DNA of 64,000 nt from Syncephalis fuscata S228 (taxonomy: Eukaryota > Fungi > Zoopagomycota): the NCBI GenBank assembly GCA_025786725.1, contig JAHLTZ010000005.1:744001-808000 (forward strand), in the 5' to 3' direction. The notes below the pieces were generated by a model. It was not told where the DNA came from and ran no database searches. It saw nothing but the letters and a program-made list of their open reading frames with translations. This document shows, piece by piece, positions 26,930-45,080 of the stretch (its first letter is position 1; the number at the start of each line of letters is the position of its first letter). The position numbers and the translations under genes were made by a program.

Positions 26930-28588
26930 TTATTCAGTCTTTTTGCTCGCTTTCTTTTGTTTAATCGAAAGACAGTTGATATCGAGATAGTTGCAAATGT
27001 CACGGATCACCGCTTTGCAGAAGTATGCATAGGTAGCTCCGACCAAGGCTAGACTGGCATATAGATAGGTGGTCTCGTGGGTAAATGAAATAATTGGTTT
27101 CCTATTCATGTAAATTAATTAAAATCAGTCCAGCTGTTAGTCTGTTATTAATAATTTCTGATAATACTTACATATTGAATAGTGGCAATAAAGCGTTTAA
27201 TGATCCAAATAAGAGTGGGATTTGGGTGATGTTGAAGAATGGGAACGATGATTTAACTACATGAGCCAGAATAATACGGCCGACCATTATGCCGAATGTT
27301 GCGCCGATATAGAAAATAAAGGCCACCAAATGATGTGTCAACAGTTCAGGCGATGTTCTAAGCCATGAATAGGTTGCGACAGAGACTGCGCCAAATGGTA
27401 CCAGGCCTACAATTGCATTAAACAATTGAGATGTCGTTGACTTTTTGGCATAAATAACATTGGCCACGCTATTGGCAACAAATTAGCGCGAGAAAAAAGA
27501 GTAAATATTTACTTACCTGCTAGCAATGTTATATATTAGAATAGTAAAAGAAACAACAACTACTACATGGTTAAGTTGACCATTAGGTACCAGACTATCG
27601 GGAAGAATACGCTCTAAGCCTAAAACCTGTTTATATGGCAATAGCCAAAATGATGGGCCTAGTAGCAAATCATTAGTATTAATTAATTAATTAATTTGTT
27701 AAAAATAAACTACCTAAATAACCGGTCATCAACAATGAAATAACAATCATAATGACGCCCTCAACAGGTCCACTAAAGTAGCTGAGATAGAGTGTACCGG
27801 TATGATACTCCTCCCAAGTGGTCAAGTAAAAGTTGGACAGCGCTATAAAGTATTAATTATTTGGCTATATATATATATATATATAAGTATTGCTTACCTG
27901 TAAACACCGAAAGAACTGTCCACCACGATTGTCGTAGCTGCAAGGCTTCCACAATAACAATAGCACCGACCTAATCAATGTTAACTACTACTTGCAGTCA
28001 TTTTTCTATTGCTTACAGTGGTATTAAGCGCATCACAACCTAGATAATAATAGCGAAACATTAATATGCAGTCATTCAAGTACTTTTATATGATTTCGAA
28101 CCTACCATGATCAAAAAGCTCGCCAAGTGGGCCAGAAGTACCGGTACGACGTGCTTGTTTTCCGTCAATGGCATCAAATGATTGGTATATCCAAACACCT
28201 AAACCCGCGCTATATTGACATACAAGAATATAACCAGTGTTAAACTATTGCTCATTAGCTTTATTATTAATGTTTGCCTACCTATAATAGACCCAATTGG
28301 GACAGTGGCCCGACAAATCACGATCATAATAAAGTATTAAAAGCATGTTAACTACGACGCAGCCAAAGCCTAGCAACGTAATAAGATTTGGTCTGGAGGC
28401 CAAAGCATGCTAGGTTTTAGTATAGTATAGCTGTCAACTTTAGCTACTTACGCCATCCATAACGGAAAGAGTTCGACCAGACGTGTCCAGTAAGGTTGTA
28501 GAATATACTTGGACACTAGCGAGTTATCTACACCACTGTACTTGTATTTCTTCAAGTTTTCAAGCTGAGTCGGAGATAAATAGGCCAT
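26930..28588 (-). CDS. EPT1: Choline/ethanolamine phosphotransferase (CDP-alcohol phosphotransferase), multi-exon
   Basis: [34 protein letters not shown]; [27 protein letters not shown]; [16 protein letters not shown]1 and CPT1 cannot be told apart from this alone. Confidence 0.88.
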
Positions 28589-28597
28589 TTTAACGTG

Positions 28598-28642
28598 GCT
28601 GTGCGCGTGTGCGTGTATGTGCGTGTGTGTGTGTGTGTGTGC
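28598..28642. repeat. (TG)n-type microsatellite
   Basis: gtgcgcgtgtgcgtgtatgtgcgtgtgtgtgtgtgtgtgtg. Confidence 0.85.
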
Positions 28643-29322
28643 TTATGCACTAGAAAATAAACAAACTGACAAGCGGGTAGCTGAGTAGATACACGTAGGC
28701 TGTCGTAAAATGGCGGTAGCAATAAAGATATTATAATGTAATTACGGAGTAGTAATTTTATGTTTTTTTATTTTTCTACTAACGATTGATTGGCAGACGA
28801 ATAAGTAACTTTATATCACATGATTGGCATGTGGTAATATTGTCAAATAAGACAATGTAAGGTATTTTTGATATACACCGTAGTATGTTACTTATTGAGC
28901 ATTAATTACTAATGAATTGAGCAAATAAATAAGCATAGCTATAATAGTTGCATTGCTGCATGCCATTATACATTGATTTGACCGCTATCGTTTCAAGTCG
29001 ACTAATATCGCAGCAGTGTATTGTATAAATATTAAATGTCGTTTGAAGATACAGGTAATCTGGCAATCTATATTTAACCTGGTACAATGATACCAAATTG
29101 TAGGCAAGTTTGGCATTGCATCATGAGAGCAAGCTGAGCCATTTCAATAGCAAACTGGTTACTGCGTATTTCTGCACATCAAGGCAACCGGCTGATAAAT
29201 ATAGACCTGAACGCCATAGAGTTCTGGCGTATGCGCTTTTGTCCTTTTTTCAGCTTTAAACGTTTAACGCCAAAGTCATACTATTTTTTGCTATTTTTGC
29301 ATATTTAGAATATTTATTTAAA

Positions 29323-30544
29323 ATGGATAAACAATTTCTAAATAAGCCATTGTGTTTTACAACCATTAATGGATTTAGTTGTCAGGAAGAAAATCAAAAG
29401 CATTTTTTTGATTTAATTATTGTTTGTAGCATTGTAAGCTTTTCAGTTATGATATTGGCCGCTGTGATAATGATTTACCGATACAATTATGGCTTATTTA
29501 CAGGATTCTTTCAATACGTTAAAGGATATCGAATACCAAAGCCTATCAATACGCTACTTACAGTTATATTTATTTCAAAATTATCCAGATTCATCAGCCT
29601 GGTGCTTTTATTGTTTGATGTGCCAAACGTAGCTAGGATACGTGTAGTGCTTAATTATCTAGGCACACTACCTATTTCACTGGCTCAGCTGAATTCATTC
29701 TAGGCATAATCATTTACATTCCATTGCTATTTTCTACTCAGTTCTTGCCTATCCATCATTTTGAAGCTGAATCTAGTGATGAAAGCGACAAAGGCAAAGA
29801 GGAAGATGCCATTAGTATGCCTCGACTGGTTTTCGCCATTTATACGCCATCAATTCGTACCATCTATTTAGCAAACGTTTTTTCCTTTTCAGTTTCAATT
29901 ATAGTCGGTATAACACTAGCTACATTACGCATCGTAGCAATGTGCTATCATAATGAAGATTTATTTACGATGCCAACTATTCTGACGTGGTAATGCTTTT
30001 TACAGGATCGTTTATACTTTCAGTAGCTAGCGGTTATTATCTTTACGGATTCCATTGTCTTGCACACGAGTGTGCACATCAACTAAGCGACAATAAGATA
30101 ATGAGCACCATGATGCAGACAGCGGCACGTAATCTTCGAAATCTGTTTTTTGGCTTATTTATTGGCTTTTCTGGACTTATTGTTTTTTCAACAATCATTG
30201 GTACAATAAGTGCTTATATTCTCAATGTGCGGCTTCAAGTAATCGATATTCTGATACAAGAAGTGTTTATATACCCAATAATTCATATAGCAATGCTGAT
30301 AATTATTTTAAAAAGCTCGATGAATCAGGTTAGGTATAAAAAAGCACTTATTGAAAAAAACACTAGTAAAGAGAATTCAATCAAAGCCAGCAATAGCTGT
30401 AACCTTTGTGATGCAAATAACAACGGCGCCAGCACTGTCATGTCGCTACCTGTGCATTTAGACGACATTACGCTAATATGGCAAAGCTTTATAAGACCTT
30501 GTCCAGCAGTAGAATCGCCAAGCATGTATCATAACATTGTTTAA
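29323..30544 (+). CDS. Intronless multi-pass (~7 TM) membrane protein of unknown function, 2 frameshifts
   Basis: Three consecutive hydrophobic ORFs (29323, 29724, 29987) that join by 1-nt shifts; about 7 hydrophobic segments and a polar C-terminal tail. Confidence 0.7.
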
Positions 30545-31214
30545 TAAATAGGATGTAGGAGATTGGTGCTAATGCCACATATGTTAAATTGTAACAGCCG
30601 TGTTGTAATAATAAAAATGTACACTAATCCTAAGCCACGCGACACTAGTTATTGCACCTTATCAGTTTTTTTTCATGTAGAGCTTGCAAAAATTTAAGTT
30701 TATGCTTTAGATTATTATGGCTTGTAAAAACTAGTTTGTGGCACACTTTTGTTGCATCGCGTGGTATTGTACACCCAAAAACTTCATATTAGTTGCTATT
30801 GATGTTTTTCATGGTAAATATTTGTTTTTTAAATATTGCAAACATTTAAAATTTTACCTATATTTCATAGAATGTTGCTGTTTTTCACATTAAATCAATC
30901 CTCGCTTTGTGTCATGCTTTTATTTGCTTTATTAAATCATTCCCATTTGCCACGTGTATGGTCCTCAACTGGTTTATGACTGGTAAACGCTGTTTTTACA
31001 ACTAGATTAAGTTAGTTTTCTCGTGCTTATTCTATATTTGTATTTTACACTGCGGGTAATCATTTGAAAGTACTTATTGTAAATTTGCGCTTCCTGCAAT
31101 TATTTATAAAGTTTTTCAAATGGTTGCTAAATTGAATTTTACTGCAACATTACGCACTATCGTTTTATCACACACAATTTATATCGATTGCTTTTTCAAT
31201 AGCCTATTGTTATA

Positions 31215-32348
31215 ATGATATTTAGACACGTATTTACAGCCATACCTGCTGTCGCCTGCATATTAGCTACGACATTTATTCCCCAGGCTACATCAGACAA
31301 TATCCAAGCCACATCATTTCTCGGTGAACCGCTAGGGAAATGGGGCGCTTTTAATCAACCTAATCTAAAGATCGTCATGCAAATAAAAGAGATCAGCAGT
31401 ATTATGTAGCATCTGGAAAGTATGCTAAGCATACGGTTATTATTCGATGCCAAGGTGCTACAACAAACCTTGGCCAAGAGCGTATTGCATATGAAGTAAG
31501 CAAACGATTTTTAAACATTTATTTATTAACAACAGTGCCAAAAATCTAGCTTCTTAGAAAATTCAAAACCGAGGCTGATACATCAAATGTTGATGGCCAG
31601 CAATTTGTAGCTGACCCGCTGCACGATTTTAGCTTTAAAGCTATGCACTGCTTTGTAATGTCTGATGAAGACCAGACACTTGAAAGTTACACAAAAACAT
31701 GAGCAATTCTCAAAAAATTGCCGTATTACCCAGAATACTTAACCAGGTCTTACGTGGTATGTAAATCATCGTTTTTGTCACATAAAGTGTTTTAATATTT
31801 ATTTTTATTATAGGAGTAAATTATTTACATAAAGCTCAGCTAGTACATGGTGACATTTCTACAACGAGTAAGTAATCATTAAAATAGATCGTCTATTAGT
31901 AGAGTTACTCGCTAACGTATTTATTTAGATATCCGTGTCACCAAGCCAATTTTGGGCAAACCCAGTGTGCTAATCACAGGCTTTGGTCATTCAAAGCATA
32001 TTACATCTGATGAATTAACAACCATTCAAGTTACCGCCAAATACAATATGTCACCTGAATCTATTTTGCAAATTCCATGCAATTTGCGCAAACACGACAC
32101 TTGGGCTATTGGCGCTACAATTTTTAAAACTCTTTATGGTAAATATCCTTATCAACATTTTGCGGAAGAAGCAGCGAAAGGCCAAGATTCTAAGCAATTT
32201 ATGCAAACAATTTATCGAATTCGTGATTCTGGCATTAGTTTATTGCCAGTAATTACAGAAAATGGTGCCAAATTCAAAAAATTAGCACCACTGTAGCGGA
32301 TATAAAAATGCTGCTTTCACCAAGATTTGAGGAGCGTTAACTCCAAAA
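31215..32348 (+). CDS. Secreted protein-kinase-fold protein (probable pseudokinase), 3 introns; 3' end approximate
   Basis: Signal-like N-terminus MIFRHVFTAIPAVACILATTFIPQATS; GVNYLHKAQLVHGDIST catalytic loop; ITGFGHS in place of DFG; YNMSPE; DTWAIGATIFKTLYGKYPY. Confidence 0.8.
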
Positions 32349-32454
32349 ACATTTATAGCGCATCAGCAAAGTCTTAAGACATCATAGTAATTCCATTTTG
32401 TGTATGAAAGCAAAAGTAAAAATAGATGCGCTTACATATGAGCTAGCGTACGTT

Positions 32455-33075
32455 GACTCTCATTTTTTATTTACTTATTTCACTCCCTTTTCTTAATACT
32501 CTTAGACACAATTAAACACTTATTCACTACTATAACATGTATAATATTACATCCAACATTAATTAATTCATGTGTAATTATCAATACAATAATGTAATTA
32601 ATTAGTTATTTTTATTATTGCTTTAATATATATATTGTCATTTATTTAGTCAGATTAGCTATAGGGAAAGTGACTGTTTAATAAACGACATTTATATTAA
32701 TTATATTGATCTTGAGCTTACATCACAAATATGTCCAAAATACAATAGTAGAAGATTAGAAAATAGAATAGACCATTTAGATGCAATAATCGACACTGTA
32801 CGTAGATATAACAACAACAAATGCGAGAGCGATATGGAATCGCAATTATATGGCTTCTATTACTATTTGATCAGTCTTTCTACACATGGCCAACAACAAT
32901 AATAATCGGCCTCAAATGTTTTAAGATAATTAAATAGTATGTTACATTGTTTATTTAAATCAATTTATTAACAGCATTTTAATAGAAAGCAATATAACTG
33001 TTTTATTATGCATAATAAAAACAATATGACTTCAATTGAAACGAATTTTACTTTAAGAACTCAAAATAGGACAAT
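32455..33075. repeat. Dispersed repeat family, copy D (internally deleted)
   Basis: 5' part matches 57185-57320; 3' part has gatatggaatcgcaat...ggcttctatt...acacatggccaacaacaa shared with copies A, B, C and E. Confidence 0.8.
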
Positions 33076-33167
33076 CAAACTACAACCCAATCAAATATAA
33101 ATATTAAACAGCATAACAAGTACAATAATCAATCAATCAATCAATCAACACTGATCCATATAATTTA

Positions 33168-36784
<3,617 letters not shown>

Positions 36785-36889
36785 TATTCTAGAACTAGAA
36801 ATAACAGATGGTGACAGTTGATAAAAGGAAGATGGTATTAGGAAACCATGTGAATAAAAAGGAGCTACTGTACTTTTTACATTTTGTTT

Positions 36890-37720
36890 ACTCATTTCAT
36901 CATCTTTTTCTTATTGCTATCTTATTGTTTTATCTTCTTTTTAGTTGTTTTATTCAGTAATATATTATACGATAATGCGAATATAACATATAAATAACAT
37001 GCGTATTTAACATCAATAAAAACACTATTCAATCCCTAGTCTTTATTTCTCTTATTTTACATCAACACCTGTACAAGTAACCTCAATGGCATGCCGTATA
37101 TTCTAGTTACAACTGTCGCCACAAAATCTTTTGATGAAGACACTCAACTACCATTATTGCATATGGTGGAGACCATTTGCTTTATCAATGGTTGGTAAAG
37201 CATCTGCGTCTACAAGTTGATACCAAGAATGCTCAAGACAATGGTGAACATCAGAAATGCTAGTCATCCTGCCTTCTTTGCTATCATAGATGTGTATCTT
37301 ACATTGCAAATATGCCCAAATGCAACAGTAGAAGATTGGAAAATAGAAAAGACCATTCAGACGCAAGAATCCACACTGTATATAGTAATAACATAACAAC
37401 TGCGGAATAACATGGAATCGCGATCAATGGCGTTTATTAATATTCGATCAATCTTTCTACGCATGACCAACAACAATAATCAATTTTAAATATCTCAAAT
37501 AAATCAAATAATATGTTATGTTATTTATTTAAATGTTTAATACTATTACTAATACAATGTTCATTACATTTAATTCTACTTTATGGAAATGATAATGCTA
37601 TTACATTTATTAATATTTATCATGGATAATGGTTTAAACACAATTTAATCCAATCAACTCGTCAACTATTTAAATTGCTACAACTGAATGCGTAAAATGA
37701 TTAATGATTTAGAGGATGCA
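36890..37720. repeat. Dispersed repeat family, copy C
   Basis: Matches A and B internally and E at its 3' end (aatcaactcgtcaactatttaaat). Confidence 0.9.
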
Positions 37721-38457
37721 AGGCACAATTCAACTATATGAATAATGTAAATTGTATCCCCGTCACGCTATCGTATGACCTGCATGTGTGTAGTCTATTA
37801 ATCCATCTGTCGTATTGCTATCAGAGGGGGGGACTGAGCAATACAAGGTAGATAGAACACTGGCAGAAATAGTAACCAAATTATATAATTGAAACTTAGC
37901 TACTTTATTAGAAAATGAAATGTTCATCGGCATTTTATAGCTGGATATCTGGTCGGCGATGTGGTGCCTATGTACCACGTGATCTGGATATTACACCACA
38001 CCATCCATCCATCCACTTGTCTACCAACACCGTCTATATCTAGGTAAGAGTATCTAACAACAGCATACGACTATTTATTAAACTAAACGTTTTATTCATC
38101 CATCCATCCATCCATCCATCCATTTATCTATTAAATACGTATCTATAGATTATTACGTAAAATATAAATGCTTTATTAAATCATCAATGATGTGTATGTG
38201 TACAAGTGTATTAATATTATTATGATTGGTATTAGTATTATCGACATTCCTATTAACATTCCTATAAATCACAAATACTTAATAAAATGGGGATAAATGG
38301 TGTCAATTACTACACTTTTATATTTAAATTATAGTGATACCAACGGCAATAACAACGACGACGACGACGTCAGTCAATACTTGTCTACCATTAAATACGT
38401 GTGTTTATTCCATTTTCTACTACTTGGCCATTTCTTTATTGTTTACATCAGAGCAGC

Positions 38458-40754
38458 ATGTTCACCAAAGACCCTACTACCAGTCTGTTTCTCGGTGGCG
38501 AGCGAACAAGCGGACAAGATGTCCGTTCACAAAATGGTTTGTAGCCTAATCGCCGTCTTAATAGATGCATAAACTAATAGATGCTGTCGCGTACGTCATC
38601 GATCATAACGATAACTACTGGACTATTGTCTATAGTCTTGGCAGCTCAATCGATTGCGAATGTCGTAAAGAGCTCGTTGGGCCCGGTAGGATTGGACAAG
38701 ATGATGGTCGATGAGATTGGTGTAAGTATATGGGCTGGACAGGCAAGTTGAACACAGATTGATGCATATATGACTGTAGGATGTCACCATTTCGAACGAT
38801 GGCGCCACCATCTTGCGCATGCTTGAGGTAGAACACCCAGCTGGCCGTGTTTTGGTTGAATTGGCAGAGCAACAGGATAAAGAAGTAGGCGATGGTACGA
38901 CAAGCGTCGTTATTGTAGCGGCAGAATTGTTGCGTCGAGCCAACGAGCTTGTAAAGAATAAAATCCATCCAACAACCATTATTACCGGCTATCGTCTGGC
39001 CAGCAAGGAGGCTTGCAAGTTTATCGCTGACCAGATGACGATTAAGGTAGATACACTAGGTCGCGACTCACTTATAAATGTGGCCAAGACAAGTATGTCT
39101 AGCAAGATTATTTCCTCGTAAGTAATGTAAATGGCGTATGGTCAATTATGTTAATATTCTATTTATTAATCTACGGCATTTGACCAATAATAATAGTGAT
39201 AGCGACTTTTTCGCCAATATGGCCGTGGATGCCATGCTTGCGTCAAGACGGCCAATTCTCGTGGTGATGTTAAATATCCAGTCAAGTCTGTCAATGTTCT
39301 AAAGGTTCATGGTAAAAGTGCCACTGAAAGTGTATTGGTTAACGGCTATGCACTCAACAACACTGTGGCCAGTCAAGGTAGGCTATATGGCTAGTATTTA
39401 GACATTTAAATAGCACTGTTGTTAATGCGATGATAAGGTATGAAGACGCAAATTAAGAATGCCAAGATTGCTTGTCTCGATATCAATCTGCACAAAGCAC
39501 GTATGGCTTTGGGTGTGCAAATAGTCATCGATGATCCAGAACAGCTAGAAAGTATTAGAAAACGGTAAGTTACATCAGTATTGGTATAGTAATACTGGTA
39601 TTGATTTAATACGATATTTGTAAACGATAGTGAGGCCGATATTACACTAGAGCGCATTAAGAAGATTCTCGATACAGGCGCCAATGTTATTTTGACCACC
39701 AAAGGTATCGATGATTTGTGCCTTAAATGCTTTGTTGAAGCTGGTGCCATGGCAGTACGTCGTTGTAAGAAGGAAGACTTGCGCCGTATGCTAAAGCAAC
39801 TGGAGGTGAGCATTTAACAGAATATACCAAATAGTATACTAACAATATTTTATTTTATTTGCCGACATTTAGCCACTTTGGTATCAACTCTGGCCAATCT
39901 AGAGGGCGAAGAGACATTTGAAGCCGCATATCTTGGCCAGGCCGATGAAGTTGTACAGGAACGTTTTAGCGACGATGAATGTATTTTGGTCAAGGGCACC
40001 AAGGCCCATAGCTCTTCAAGCATCATTCTACGTGGTGCCAACGATTATATGTTGGATGAGATGGATCGTAGTTTGCACGACAGTCTGTGTGTTATTAAAC
40101 GCACTTTGGAAAGTGGCAGTGTTGTGCCAGGTGGTGGTGCCGTTGAAACTGCACTTAGCATTTATTTGGAAAACTTTGCCACCACACTTGTAAGTTGCTA
40201 TAGTCATTACTGCTGTATTTATGCTAATGAATGGCTGTTTATAATTGAATAACAATAGGGATCTCGTGAACAATTGGCCATTGCCGAATATGCCAATGCT
40301 TTACTGTCCATTCCAAAGACTCTTGCTGTGAATGCAGCCAAGGACTCTACAGACTTGGTGGCTAAATTGCGAGCCTATCATAATGCCGCGCAAAGCACTT
40401 CGGGCGAAAAGGATAAACAAGCGTTGAAATGGTTAGTCTATTTTATTGTTTGATATTATTATCATTATTATTATTATTGTTGTTGTTGTTACTGTTATTA
40501 CTATTATTACTATCATCATTACTACTATTATTACTATTATTAATGAGTGGAATTAATTATTTAGGTATGGTCTTGATCTAATTAAGGGCGAGACCCGTGA
40601 CAATGTTCAAGCCGGTGTACTCGAGCCAGCCATGTCAAAGATCAAGTCATTGAGATCAGCCACAGAAGCAGCCATTGCCATTCTACGTATCGATGATATG
40701 ATTAAGGTGGCCCCAGAACCTCAAGGTCCACAAGATCCCCATGACCATATGTAG
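38458..40754 (+). CDS. CCT1: T-complex protein 1 subunit alpha (CCT alpha)
   Basis: [82 protein letters not shown]. Confidence 0.97.
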
Positions 40755-40927
40755 TCATGATAAATGAAAATTGATATTTGTCCATTACGACCACGCCAGC
40801 GACATGCACGTAAAATGAATCGATGACCGATGATAGTCGTTTTATAAATAATTTTATCAATATTTATTACGTTTGTTATTATATTATATATTGTTATTAA
40901 TGCTGCCATGTTTATAACAAATGGTGA

Positions 40928-43334
40928 TTAAGTGGCTGTGCCTGGTTTAATCTTTGTAGAAAGATAAGCGGCAAACAGCACACTAATGCCACCTAATCGA
41001 AGAATCCATCCAATAGCCATGGGACTATGTATAGTCTCACCCGTATCACCTTCACTGCCATGACTATTTGCAGTAGTAAAAGTATCAAATAAAGCAAATA
41101 GAATACTACTAGTAAATGTACTAATAAATTGTGGTATTACCACATAAACATTATGAATACCGAGAATCTCACCGGCACAATCGCTTAAACGTCGACCATT
41201 AAGTGTGGGCCCTATGACATCATCATCTTCAATGATATTCAGACTGTTATTATTGTCTTCTTCATCTTCTTCATGGTTATTAGATGGTGATATACCCACT
41301 ATCATAGCATCTTGATGACCGCCTTCACTTTGTTCAGTAGATTGTGGATTGGCCAGTGGATAGTATTCAGGTACTTGGTCCCATGAGTACTGCTTGTGGT
41401 GGTGGTGGCATCGCTGATGTATTGTTGTGTTGTTGTTGTTGCATTGGTTATACGATCTGACACATCGGCATCACTATTAACAATTTCACCAATCAAGGCA
41501 AATGGTGCCCACATCATAATAGCCCAGGAAATACCACAAATAGATATTAGCAGTGTGGCAAACCATACGGCATCAGTAAGTATAGTGGCAATCATTGAAC
41601 CACCGAAAATTAAATGAGCCAATGTGTAAATACGATTAAGGTTGAACCATCGTTCAATATAGTCAAGTAAGCTGTTGGTCAATGATTTTCTCGCATAAGA
41701 TGATGTGCTCGATGCTCGTTGCCATCGATTAGATCCAGTGGCTATGGTTATCGGTAGAATACAGGCCGTTACAAATGATACAATTGAATAAAGTAGAAAT
41801 GCAAATGAGCCAGTACGGGTTGCCTCACCAACTTGATCCTTATCAGCTTGTTCACTGGTCAAATTACCATTACCGGCCAATTCACCCACCCAAGTAGTGG
41901 CGTAGAAAAGAAAAGGAAACCAGCCAACCCATGCAAAGAATTGTACATTACAGATGCGTTGAATAGATGGCGGTAATTGACGCATAGTACGTAAAAGTTG
42001 TCGTGTAATACTAGTTGACTGCTGAAAGACATTGACACAAGTTTGCCTATTATTAATCATTAATTAATTAATAGTCTAATAAATGATACTATTAACCATA
42101 ATGATTGATATGGCTTACCATGGATTGAAAGAGGACTGTGTAATGACTGTAGTAGTTACAGAAATTGAAGGTGCATCAAAACTGCGTTCATGAATGGTAA
42201 AACACGTAATACCGACAGTCAAGAGTAGAGCAAAGGAAGCAATGGCACATAGTACTTTCATTTGAGTGTTGCCAAATCCATGAAATGTACTTACTAAATC
42301 TATCATGCCACTATAAGATGTACGATGGTTATTAGTGATATCGACATCAAGTGTCAATACTTACAGGAAATAGCCACATACACTGCCTACACCAATCATA
42401 CCACCAGCCCATGCATTGCCTCGTTCTTGCTTCTCAGCCGGCAATACATCAACAATCAAGGCACGTATACTTGCTTGTACTATATATATATATACTGATT
42501 AGTCCCAAGTATGGTTTTATGCTATTATTTATTAATAAGCTTACCGGTGTTGATGGCAAAATCAACCATATAAAAGGCAAAGACGGCCACTACGATGCTT
42601 AATGTAGCTGGCTATATAATCGTTTAATTGGGGTGTCATAGAATCTAGTATTGCATACCTCATAATAGCCAAAAGTGAGTATACTGGCTATTTCTTTGGC
42701 CCAACCAATGAGTAATAGTGAAAATACAACAACTAAACTACCGCCTAGCATAAACGGTCGTCGTCGACCGAACCGACTAGTGCAACGATCGCTGAGTGCA
42801 CCGACCAGCGGTTGCATAATCAATCCTAATAATACACAATAATATGCAGGTCATAAAAATGCTGAATATTAATGGTACACTTATTACTAAATAAACTACT
42901 TACCCGACAATGGGCCGGCTAACCACACTAGCGACATTAACGAACGACTCATGCCTAATGACAATAAATAGGGGGTGCCTAATGTAATAATGGATATCAC
43001 TTGGATTAATATCAATGTCTAAAATCGTAGCCAGTTAATACTTGCCGTAGCCTAGTTCAACCGTCCCTAGAGATAATTTTAGTCAATTTCTATATATATA
43101 TATTGATAGTAAAAAAACACTTACAAGTAAATTGCATTCTACATATACATATATACAAGTGTGGCATAAAATGAGTTACAATACTTGTTAATATCGCTGA
43201 TATTATAACTTACCCGACTAGCGATATAGTTAAAAGACCTAGTTTCCAACTATCGCGCCATGTTGCTCCTTCTCCTCCTCCTACTGCTACTTCAGCTGGA
43301 TTTTGTCCAACTGACAAGAAATGCCACCAGTCAT
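40928..43334 (-). CDS. GPH/MFS sucrose/alpha-glucoside transporter (Sut1/SLC45-like); start approximate
   Basis: [84 protein letters not shown]. Confidence 0.92.
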
Positions 43335-44129
43335 GATCTGGTTATGTTTATTTTGTAGAATGGGGATCTTTAACTCTTTACTGTAATAGTAAGCTGTAGA
43401 TATACAAGAAGCAGACGACAAAAAGGGAATACGCAGATGGCGATTGTACTTTATAAAACGAGTCGGTGTAGAATAGGAAACAACAGGATTTAACACTAAT
43501 TGCCAACAGGCTATCGTTGAAGATTGCGCCGCAAAGTATATTGATGGCCGTTTGGAAAAAGGGGTCTCTTATCTGTACGCGTGGGCATGATAGGATATTG
43601 GCCTATAGATACGGTTTTTGAATGACGTCGTCTAAAACAACCAGATTAACGCTAGACCTTTGGTGTGGCAGTTGTATTTGCTGTCCCATTTGTTGCTATT
43701 CTTCGCGTTCTATTTATAGACATTGTATTCAAGAATCCTTTGAAAGGATTAAGCGGTTCCGTTGACAAGATTAAACGGTTAATAGATAGATGGGATATAG
43801 TCAGCTATATTAAATAGTAATAACTTGGATCGATTTAATAAAGTTAAAAGTGTCAAGTGTGATGTATTGGCGTATAATACAACTATGTTGCATTAGAATG
43901 TTACATCAGCTGTTGTTAAATTGTAGTTATAGTGGTATTATAATGTAGCTACTAGTATTTATTTAATTCACGATAGTTTTGCCAAAGAAGCTAAATAAAA
44001 TTATTTAACCGCCTAGCAATCATGTTGTTGAAATACTAATGGGTTGGGTTTATATGGTGGATTGGGACTTGGTATGTAGTTAACTAGAAAGCTAGCTATG
44101 GTAATTTCTTGCCCGATATACACTTCAAA

Positions 44130-45080
44130 TTAAGCATCAAGACTTCTTTTGCTATTTCCGAGTCCCTATAAATTTTAAAGCATTTATAATTTATGCAAAT
44201 ACATCGAGATAGCTATATTATATACTGTTTACATATTAGACAGATTATGACTTACCACTGTTGGCAATTTTACAAATAAAAACATGGAATTTTACTTAAT
44301 TAGTATTTGCTACACATCAAGTACAAAGACTTACCGACTATTATATTGATTTAATAAATATCACTGAATGAGTCGCAAAATATTTGTATATCAGTCTAAC
44401 TTACTCCCTATTATTATCATTGTTAAAAAGCATGTTAAAAGTTAGTAAGTTTATGATAGTCTATTAGTAAATAATGTATCTTACTATCTATTTAGTTAAT
44501 ACACCAAATGGGCATTAGCAAGCAACATATAGTGGTTAGTTTTAATTAAGTGCTGGAAGGCGTGATTTACTATCTAATGGAATCAATAAACATACGCACA
44601 CACATATATTATTGTTAGTATTTATATAACAGTAATAAGGCACGACTTACTTTTTGTAATAGTTGTCAAATATAACAGTGTCAAGTTATATTTAATTAGC
44701 ATTAGTAAACATAAAAAATTTTCACTTACCATTTATTAATTGTTATTCAACAGATAGCACATTGGCTGTTATTATAAAACAATCCCATGATCGTTTTCCA
44801 AGCTGGAACTTACCAACTATTGGCAGTAAATTATTAAAACGTAGCAAAGCAGAGAACGTATAATGAGTCAACAAATAGCTATCTTTTAGTTACAACTTAC
44901 GTTCTAAAAATCACCCATTCATTAAATAAATAGAGTTTAAATTAGTGTATTGAATATCTAATAGCATTTCAATGTACTTCGGCGATTGAGAACCGGCTTA
45001 GCGTCTGCCATACTAATACTAGTTACAAAAATAACGGCCAAAGCTGCAGTCGCACAAATGGTAGCAATAGAAAGCTTCAT
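44130..45080 (-). CDS. Second micro-exon secreted-peptide gene (paralog of 15093-17870)
   Basis: Exon 1 (45080-44978) encodes MKLSIATICATAALAVIFVTSISMADAKPVLNRR plus 1 nt. Micro-exons follow at ~80-bp spacing (44901, 44814, 44730*, 44651*, 44571, 44485, 44405, 44335, 44256), then a terminal exon 44165-44130. Spliced product KLDENNRIVGLGNSKRSLDA. * marks acceptors that read AA instead of AG. Confidence 0.72.

Noticed and set aside
40440-40545. (ATT)/(GTT)-rich tract
   Set aside because: Simple microsatellite inside a CCT1 intron.
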